Below are positions 57,463 to 64,000 of a stretch of DNA of 64,000 bases, one piece after another (the stretch's first letter is position 1; each line of letters starts with the position of its first letter). The notes under the pieces were generated by a model. It was not told the origin of the DNA, searched no databases, and saw only the letters and a program-made list of their open reading frames with translations. The position numbers were made by a program, and so were the translations under genes. Source of the stretch: an uncultured bacterium (GTDB lineage: Bacteria; Patescibacteriota; Minisyncoccia; Phycocordibacterales; GCA-2401445); the NCBI GenBank assembly GCA_937952265.1, contig CALFYW010000016.1, forward strand, positions 334,661 through 398,660, read 5' to 3'.

Positions 57463-58509
57463 ATGCATACTCGTAGCAGTGAAAATCGGTTTCAGTTTTA
57501 CCTCTTCCTCATCCTTTTTGGAGGAGTCTCTTTGTTGACGTTCTTTATCTTCAAGCCCTTTTTGACGGTTCTCTTTCTTGCGTTTATTCTTGCGGTAGTA
57601 CTCTATCCGGTTTATAAGAGGATTCTCCGTTGGGTGGGGCGTCCAACGATTGCCGCGCTTTTGGTTATTCTAATTACTGTCGCGGTGATTGTAGGTCCCC
57701 TTGCCGCAATTGGTATTCAAGTATTTAATGAGATCGGCAACACCTATCTCTCGATCGTAAGTGCTCCTGAAGGGGATCGGTTACTTGGAGACGCGACCCG
57801 ATATATCGAAAGACCAATTCAGGTCATTTTTCCTGATTTTTCTCTTGATCTTCGGTATTATCTCGAGGACCTCCTTGGTTGGATGATTGATAATATTGGG
57901 CCGATATTTTCTCGTACCGCCCAAGTGGTTTTAAGTACCATCTTTACCATTATTGGACTTTTCTTTTTCTTGCGTGACGGCACGTATCTGCGGGATGCGT
58001 TAATTCGTATGAGCCCACTAGGAACTGCCCGGGATATGATCGTGATTAAAAATCTTCAAAAGAGTATCCGCTCCGTGGTGGCCGGATCAGTGCTAGTCGC
58101 AATGGTACAGAGTATTCTGGTTGGCATTGGTCTTGCCATTTTTGGTGTTCCTAATCCGACTCTCTGGGGAACCTTCGCGCTATTTACCGCTTTCATTCCT
58201 GGGGTTGGAACCAGTTTGGTGTTAGCGCCCGCGGTGATCTACCTTATCGCCATGGGGCACCTCCTCTCCGGGTTAGGTCTCTTAGTATGGGGAATACTTC
58301 TCGTTGGACTTGCCGATAATATTTTAATCCCATTATTTTACGGAAGGGATGTGCCGGTTCATCCGCTCTTTATTTTATTCTCGGTATTAGGAGGGTTATT
58401 GTTTTTTGGTCCAATTGGATTTCTCTTTGGCCCGATTATTGTGAGCCTCTTTGTGAGTTTGCTTGAAATATACCAAGTTCTGATAAAAGGCGAAAATGAA
58501 CGCTTATGA
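57463..58509 (+). CDS. AI-2E family transporter
   Basis: FFFLRDG, IPGVGT, DNILIP, HPLFI...GG...FGPIG. Confidence 0.92.
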   Translation: MHTRSSENRFQFYLFLILFGGVSLLTFFIFKPFLTVLFLAFILAVVLYPVYKRILRWVGRPTIAALLVILITVAVIVGPLAAIGIQVFNEIGNTYLSIVSAPEGDRLLGDATRYIERPIQVIFPDFSLDLRYYLEDLLGWMIDNIGPIFSRTAQVVLSTIFTIIGLFFFLRDGTYLRDALIRMSPLGTARDMIVIKNLQKSIRSVVAGSVLVAMVQSILVGIGLAIFGVPNPTLWGTFALFTAFIPGVGTSLVLAPAVIYLIAMGHLLSGLGLLVWGILLVGLADNILIPLFYGRDVPVHPLFILFSVLGGLLFFGPIGFLFGPIIVSLFVSLLEIYQVLIKGENERL

Positions 58510-59042
58510 AATTCTTTTTTGCATTAATTATCCTGTTTTTAATCAGTATGAGCGTGTTTGTGTTTGATGCGTGGCCACGACAGGGCGCTTCAGCAATCGC
58601 CTCATTTGAACATTGTGTTAATCAAGGATTCCCAGTTTTTGGGGGAAATACTTCGGAATGTCGCACTGATGGCGGGGAAGTCTTTTTTGGTCACGGGGAT
58701 CAGATTCGAGTAATTGAACCGCAAGCTGATACCGTGATCTCAAGTCCGATTACCGTGATAGGTGAAGCGCCAGCATCTTGGTTTTCGAATGGGCGTATAC
58801 CACTTCGATTAGTTGCCACAGGTACGGAAGACTATATTACAGAAGGTTATGTTGAGGCGATCGGTGAAGTTTCAAATACAGCACTTACTCCGTTCCGGGG
58901 AGTGCTTCTTTTTAGTTCCCCGAGTTCAACCAAAGTAACACTCGTTCTTGAGCATATTACTGAGACGAAATCCCCTCATCATTTGAGAGATAGTGTATCG
59001 GTCCCACTCTTTTTGGATGGGAGCGTTAACATGGTAAACTAG
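58506..59042 (+). CDS. Gmad2-like domain surface protein
   Basis: SFEHCVNQGFPV...CRT, SSPITVIGEA..SWF. Confidence 0.72.
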   Translation: MKFFFALIILFLISMSVFVFDAWPRQGASAIASFEHCVNQGFPVFGGNTSECRTDGGEVFFGHGDQIRVIEPQADTVISSPITVIGEAPASWFSNGRIPLRLVATGTEDYITEGYVEAIGEVSNTALTPFRGVLLFSSPSSTKVTLVLEHITETKSPHHLRDSVSVPLFLDGSVNMVN

Positions 59043-59082
59043 AGTGAGTGTTTACTAGTGTGCGTATAACTAATTATTACAT

Positions 59083-59262
59083 ATGGAACATTATGTTTGT
59101 GAAGGGTGCCAAGGGGCTTCAGATACCGCAGGTGTATGCACAACTCCTGCATGTGAGAATCAGGGGAAAGACCTCGGTGCGTGTAATTGTGAGGGAGGCA
59201 CTGCTTCTCATGGAAAAGAAAGTACCGATTCTTCCGCTGGAGGAGATACGCCAGCGATGTAA
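59083..59262 (+). CDS. 59-aa Cys-rich putative metal-binding microprotein
   Basis: MEHYVCEGCQGASDTAGVCTTPACENQGKDLGACNCEGGTASHGKESTDSSAGGDTPAM; ends 2 nt before the glutaredoxin. Confidence 0.72.
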   Translation: MEHYVCEGCQGASDTAGVCTTPACENQGKDLGACNCEGGTASHGKESTDSSAGGDTPAM

Positions 59263-59264
59263 TT

Positions 59265-59513
59265 ATGCGTATTATCATTTATACGAAGACAGGATGCCTG
59301 TGGTGTCGGGATGCGCTCCTCATGTTGAATGAGCGCAACGCTTCATATGAAGAAAGAAATGTAACCGAGAATCAAGCGTATTATCAAGAACTGGTTGAAA
59401 AATCAGGACAAGACAAAACACCGACCGTAGATATTGACGGTGTTATTCTCAAAGATTCGGATGCTCAAGAAATCAAGGCGTACCTCGATAAAACAGAAGG
59501 AGCATCCTCCTAG
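59265..59513 (+). CDS. Glutaredoxin/NrdH-like protein
   Basis: YTKTGCLWC, SGQDKTPTV. Confidence 0.9.
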   Translation: MRIIIYTKTGCLWCRDALLMLNERNASYEERNVTENQAYYQELVEKSGQDKTPTVDIDGVILKDSDAQEIKAYLDKTEGASS

Positions 59514-59514
59514 G

Positions 59515-60153
59515 GTGCTCAAAAGGGGTGATGCCAAAACTAAGAGACGTGCGCGGGCACTCCTTTCACGAATGAAGAAGAGCGTTCCTGATGCTCGTAT
59601 GATTTTGCGTTATAGTAACCCGTGGGAGCTTTTGGTTGCGGTTATGCTTTCTGCTCAATGTACTGATAAAAGAGTTAATCAGGTAACCGCTTCCTTGTTC
59701 AAAAAGTATCGAACCCTCGAAGATTATGCGAATGCCTCGATTCGGGTATTTGAGCGAGACATTAAGTCAACGGGATTTTATCGAATGAAGGCAAAACATA
59801 TTATTGCTACCGCAATACTGATTCGCGATACCCACGGAGGAGTCGTTCCTCGCCGGATGGAGGATCTCATTCGGCTACCTGGAGTTGCTCGTAAAACCGC
59901 AAATGTGGTTTTGGGTAATGCGTATGGAATTGTTGAGGGGATTGCTGTCGACACGCACGTACGTCGCCTTGCGCGTGTATTTGAATTAACGGATGAGCAT
60001 AATCCTGATAAAATAGAGAAAGACTTGATGGCGCTTTTCCCCCGCACCGCATGGTTTCCACTCACCTATTATTTCATTGAATTTGGTCGTCGTTTTTGCC
60101 CCGCGCGGGCACACGATCATGCGTCGTGTCGGGATCGTCTGGGTTTAGCATAG
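59515..60153 (+). CDS. nth: Endonuclease III
   Basis: LSAQCTDKRVN, LPGVARKTANV, VDTHV; start uncertain. Confidence 0.93.
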   Translation: MLKRGDAKTKRRARALLSRMKKSVPDARMILRYSNPWELLVAVMLSAQCTDKRVNQVTASLFKKYRTLEDYANASIRVFERDIKSTGFYRMKAKHIIATAILIRDTHGGVVPRRMEDLIRLPGVARKTANVVLGNAYGIVEGIAVDTHVRRLARVFELTDEHNPDKIEKDLMALFPRTAWFPLTYYFIEFGRRFCPARAHDHASCRDRLGLA

Positions 60154-60167
60154 TAACGCTTTTTATT

Positions 60168-60629
60168 ATGAGATTATCTTATATTACGATTCCACTTTTT
60201 GTGCTCGCGATTGCGCTTCTCGGGAATACCTTCACAGTGCCGGGGCTTGTGTGGTTTGACTCCTTAGTCTTGCCAGCATATACCCCTCCGTCTTGGGTGT
60301 TCGGATTTGCGTGGAGTATTATTTATATCCTCGCGACCATCGGAGCAATTTTATTATGGAAAAGTACACCACGAGATCCACTATGGCAGCATTTGGGGCT
60401 CCTGCTTGTGTTTAATGGATTTTTGAACATTTTTTGGACTGAATTGTTTTTTTACCACCATCTCATTCTCCAGTCATTGATTGAAATGGTCGCGCTTAAC
60501 CTAATTACCCTGATTATTATCCTTTTGGGATGGAAGCGATCTCGCACCGCGTCTCTTTTGTTCGTTCCTTATTTCTTGTGGGTATCATTTGCAACCTATC
60601 TGACGTACGGCATTCTTATGCTTAATTAA
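60168..60629 (+). CDS. TspO/MBR family protein
   Basis: PPSWVFGFAW, LNIFW..LFF, PYFLWVSFA..L. Confidence 0.92.
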   Translation: MRLSYITIPLFVLAIALLGNTFTVPGLVWFDSLVLPAYTPPSWVFGFAWSIIYILATIGAILLWKSTPRDPLWQHLGLLLVFNGFLNIFWTELFFYHHLILQSLIEMVALNLITLIIILLGWKRSRTASLLFVPYFLWVSFATYLTYGILMLN

Positions 60630-60640
60630 GACTAAGGTTT

Positions 60641-61462
60641 ATGCAGAAGCGCTCCTTGTCTCGTATATCAGAGTTTCAAGACGCGGTTTATCAACATGAC
60701 CGAATGTATCGCCGTAGGTTTCCGTGGCGAGAAACACGAGACCCGTATCATATTTGGGTTTCGGAGATGATGCTTCAACAGACACAAGCAGATCGGGTAG
60801 TAAAAAAATACGATGAATTTTTGCACACGTTTCCTACGGTCGATACGCTTGCGCGTGCTTCGCAGAAGCATGTCCTAAAACGCTGGCAAGGACTTGGGTA
60901 CAATCGGCGTGCCATGTTATTGCATCGTGCAAGCAAGGTAGTTTCTCGTACCTACAAAGGGTTGTTACCGAGCTCAATTGAGGAGCTTGAAGCACTGCCA
61001 GGGATTGGCCCTTATACGGCTCGCGCAATTTTAACTTTTGCGTTTAATATTCCCGTGGTACTGATCGAGACCAATATCCGTACCGCGTTTATCCATCATT
61101 TTTTTTCGAAGACAAAGAAAAAAATTAATGACCGAGAAATTCTTCCATACATTGAAGTAGCTATTGATACAAAAAAACCAGCTTATTGGTATGGAGCACT
61201 TATGGATTATGGGGCGATGATTAAACGAACAAGGGTTAATCCAGGGAGACGAAGCACGCACCATGTGAAGCAGTCTTCTTTTTTGGGTTCTAATCGGCAG
61301 TTGCGTGGAAAAATTCTTCGTATAACCTTACGGTCAAAACAAACGCTTGATGATCTTATTCATGAGTGTTCCGCTTTTTCTTCGAAGCAAGTTGAAGATA
61401 CGGTATCGAGGCTATCTCATGAGGGTATGATTCGACAGCAGGGAAGATATTTTTTAGTATAA
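60641..61462 (+). CDS. mutY: A/G-specific adenine glycosylase, short form lacking the Fe-S motif
   Basis: PWR, SEMMLQQT, WQGLGYNRRA, LPGIGPYTA. Confidence 0.9.
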   Translation: MQKRSLSRISEFQDAVYQHDRMYRRRFPWRETRDPYHIWVSEMMLQQTQADRVVKKYDEFLHTFPTVDTLARASQKHVLKRWQGLGYNRRAMLLHRASKVVSRTYKGLLPSSIEELEALPGIGPYTARAILTFAFNIPVVLIETNIRTAFIHHFFSKTKKKINDREILPYIEVAIDTKKPAYWYGALMDYGAMIKRTRVNPGRRSTHHVKQSSFLGSNRQLRGKILRITLRSKQTLDDLIHECSAFSSKQVEDTVSRLSHEGMIRQQGRYFLV

Positions 61463-61472
61463 ATAAATCGTT

Positions 61473-61619
61473 ATGAAAAAACATTCGAAAATAGGCAAAC
61501 GTCCAGGAGCTCCAACATATCGAACCTCTTCGCAATTCAAGAGTTCGGCCTGGTTAAAGAACCAACATGCGCGTGCGCACAATCCGCATGTTTTTCGGCA
61601 GAAACGGCCTGGGGGCTAG
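61473..61619 (+). CDS. 48-aa basic microprotein
   Basis: MKKHSKIGKRPGAPTYRTSSQFKSSAWLKNQHARAHNPHVFRQKRPGG fills the mutY-MFS gap. Confidence 0.45.
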   Translation: MKKHSKIGKRPGAPTYRTSSQFKSSAWLKNQHARAHNPHVFRQKRPGG

Positions 61620-62806
61620 TGAGTGTCTTTGATTCTCGCGCTGTAATAGATACCGAAGGTTATGAGAATGATCCCGAGAATTGAAAACAGGTATGAAAAC
61701 GGCAGGAAGATAAGTATGAGGCTTCCAATGACGGGAGCGACCACAAATGCAAGTGGTCTGGCAATACGAAAGAACGCAATTAAGTCAGAGTCGTGCTGTG
61801 TTACTTGTTTGAAGAAGTAGCTTTCGGACATAATCTCAATGGCGCTTGCGCCAATACGGGTGACAAATAGAAGCACAGACCACAAGAGAAAATCCTTTGA
61901 AGGAATGAGTGATAATGTAATACTAAAAATTCCGGCGATAATAAAACCGATGATCAGAAGTTCTTTTTCCCCTAGTTTTTTGTCGGCGATTTTTCCAAGG
62001 GGAATTTCTAAAAGTACAAATGGAAGGAGCATAATTGCAAACATGATACCGATTTCTTTCCATGAAAAAAGTAGGTGCTCGTAGAGATAAATAGGGAGAT
62101 AAATGACCATCCATGCGTAGAAGAAGTGTAGGAAAAAATTGACGAAGAAAATGTGATGGCAATTAGAATTTTTCCAAAAGAGTTTTGTGGTCTCTATGAT
62201 TGCGATTCGATCATAGGATTCTTTTTTAAATTTTCTAAAGGTGGTAAATACAATAATAAAAAGGGGTATAAGGAAAAGCGCCGAAAGTAGGTATATCTTC
62301 CAAAAATCTCCATTAGTAAGAATTAACCCAACGATAAGAGGGGCGATGACAAACGCGGTATTGATGACAGTCAAAAAGATTCCGCGAGTATTACCAGTTG
62401 TGGCATCTTCAGAGAGGCTTTCAAGGAAAAGATCGAGATTATAGAGGAGGAGTGGAGCAATGACGAGATGTGCAATAAAAAGGGGGATGATAATAAGAAA
62501 TTGTGTACTAAATGCTAATCCTAAAAGAACTCCTATTTCAAGCACCGTAAGGATCAACATGAGTCGATAATTACCGATTCTTTTAAGGATGCGGGCAATG
62601 TTGAGAAAAGTAACGATCATACCTATTGATCCGGCGGTATAAAGCAGCCCCACTACTTTTTCGGTAGTAAAAGTATCAAGAAATGTTGAGTTGATGTAGA
62701 CAACAAGAACGTAGTGGAGTGAGAGGAGGAGTGTGACAAAATAGATTGCACGAAAGAGCCCGCGATTTTTAGAGATCTTGTGGTGAGTCCTGGTGAGATA
62801 GTACAT
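61616..62806 (-). CDS. MFS transporter
   Basis: About 12 TMs; GKIADKKLGEK loop motif. Confidence 0.88.
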   Translation of the reverse strand: MYYLTRTHHKISKNRGLFRAIYFVTLLLSLHYVLVVYINSTFLDTFTTEKVVGLLYTAGSIGMIVTFLNIARILKRIGNYRLMLILTVLEIGVLLGLAFSTQFLIIIPLFIAHLVIAPLLLYNLDLFLESLSEDATTGNTRGIFLTVINTAFVIAPLIVGLILTNGDFWKIYLLSALFLIPLFIIVFTTFRKFKKESYDRIAIIETTKLFWKNSNCHHIFFVNFFLHFFYAWMVIYLPIYLYEHLLFSWKEIGIMFAIMLLPFVLLEIPLGKIADKKLGEKELLIIGFIIAGIFSITLSLIPSKDFLLWSVLLFVTRIGASAIEIMSESYFFKQVTQHDSDLIAFFRIARPLAFVVAPVIGSLILIFLPFSYLFSILGIILITFGIYYSARIKDTH

Positions 62807-62809
62807 ATG

Positions 62810-64000
62810 CTATACTCCCAATAATACCGGAATTACAATCGGATGTTTATTTGTCTTTTGGAAAAGAAATTTCCCAACCGCGTCAGTCACTACACCTCGT
62901 ATGTAATCAAAGTTAAGCGGGTTCATTCCTACCGCGGAATCTTCAACAGTCTTTTTAATAATGATACGTGTCTGATGTAGAAGCTCTTGTGATTCACGTA
63001 AGTATACAAAGCCTCGGGAAATGATGTCGGGAGATTTTCGGAGTTTTCCTGTTTTGGTATTGATAGTCGCAATAATGACAAACATGCCGTCTTTTGCGAG
63101 AAGTTGGCGGTCTCGTATGACGACATCCTGCATTCCTCCAACCGCAAACCCATCAACCATCACAATACCGTTTCCAGCTTTTTCTTTTCTGACCATAATT
63201 TTTTGGCCCTGATCAGTGATCTCGATGATAGATCCATTGTCTGGGACTATCGTGTGGGATTCAGGCATACCTAGTGTGTGCGCAAGTTCTGCGTGCAAGC
63301 GGAGACGATAATGATTTCCGTGAACGGGGATGAAGAATTTTGGTTTGATTTTTTTATGGAGCCATTCCAATTCTCCTCGATTTCCGTGACCAGTTGAGTG
63401 GATATACACTTCTGATGTTCGGTAATGAATGATTTTTGCACCCTGCCGAGCGATGTTGTCTTTCAATTTTTCTACCGTTTTTTCATTACCAGGGATAATA
63501 GATGAGGAGAGTAAGACCGTATCCTGTTTTGTGAGGCGAAGCATTTTGTGGGATTTTGTTGCAATACGCATTAATGCTGCGAATTCTTCTCCTTGAGCTC
63601 CTGTGGCGAGAATGACAATTCTCTCAGGAGGATAATCAGATGCTTCCTGTGCGCTGATAATCGTCCCTTTTTTGGTTTTAAACATTCCTGCCTGTGATGC
63701 GATCTCAAGATTTACCTTCATGCTCCTGCCCTCGATAACAATTTTTTTCTTTGAATTTTCGGCAATCTCGATGATTTTCATTAGTCGTTGGAGCTGTGAT
63801 GCAAAGGTGCCAATAATGAGACGGCCTTTGATGTTTTTTATGATCTCCTCAAGATTTTTATGCACTTCTTCTTCGGGGGTTGAAAATCCAGGATTTTCAA
63901 CATTTGTTGAATCGGCAAGTAAGAGAAGCACTTTCTCTTTTTCAAAGATGGCATATGCGTTTTCTTCGTCCTCGTGTGGAACTCCGTCGGTGTGGCGAAG
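62810..64000 (-). CDS. rnj: Ribonuclease J, C-terminal part (runs off the window end)
   Basis: DSTN, TFAS, TGAQGE, IPGNE, HSTGH, PVHG, ISRGFVY. Confidence 0.95.
   Translation of the reverse strand, partial: LRHTDGVPHEDEENAYAIFEKEKVLLLLADSTNVENPGFSTPEEEVHKNLEEIIKNIKGRLIIGTFASQLQRLMKIIEIAENSKKKIVIEGRSMKVNLEIASQAGMFKTKKGTIISAQEASDYPPERIVILATGAQGEEFAALMRIATKSHKMLRLTKQDTVLLSSSIIPGNEKTVEKLKDNIARQGAKIIHYRTSEVYIHSTGHGNRGELEWLHKKIKPKFFIPVHGNHYRLRLHAELAHTLGMPESHTIVPDNGSIIEITDQGQKIMVRKEKAGNGIVMVDGFAVGGMQDVVIRDRQLLAKDGMFVIIATINTKTGKLRKSPDIISRGFVYLRESQELLHQTRIIIKKTVEDSAVGMNPLNFDYIRGVVTDAVGKFLFQKTNKHPIVIPVLLGV

Noticed and set aside
59048-59332. 94-aa ORF from the track
   Set aside because: It overlaps the glutaredoxin; the 59083..59262 Cys-rich frame fits the gap better
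1-64000. CRISPR array, integrase/transposase, prophage, rRNA, tmRNA, RNase P RNA
   Set aside because: No regularly spaced repeats and no recognisable signature motifs were seen by eye
1-64000. Alternative genetic code (UGA=Gly, as in Gracilibacteria/Absconditabacteria)
   Set aside because: Core genes are full length under code 11 and TGA acts as a stop, for example the ATGA overlaps at 10334 and 40945

Overview
A 64-kb chromosomal segment that looks like a Patescibacteria (CPR, Parcubacteria/OD1-like) genome using the standard code 11. Lineage is inferred from the dense packing, short IF2, TGS-terminated Rel, clusterless MutY, VirB2-like CPR pilins and near absence of biosynthetic genes. Core genes: ftsZ (partial), ftsA, ybeY, rpsU, lepB, pth, rpsA, gyrA, rbfA, infB, clpB, rpmG, miaA, parB, rel, topA, dprA, serS, dus, dnaX, uppP, nth, mutY and rnj (partial), plus 9 tRNA genes. 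No CRISPR, integrase, transposase or rRNA was seen. Most interesting: (1) an operon joining a methyltransferase, an orphan membrane-anchored solute-binding protein and five tandem VirB2-like pilins; (2) hairpin elements built from duplicated or inverted tRNA 3' ends; (3) a degenerate HisRS paralogue; (4) two candidate structured RNAs at about 43.3 kb and 50.7 kb; (5) apparently leaderless core genes versus SD-led accessory cassettes; (6) the rbfA stop codon lying inside tRNA-Cys; (7) unannotated microproteins, including a Cys-rich one next to a glutaredoxin; (8) a HAF-repeat protein with a PEP-CTERM-like tail. All family calls come from motif recognition by eye; no searches were run.
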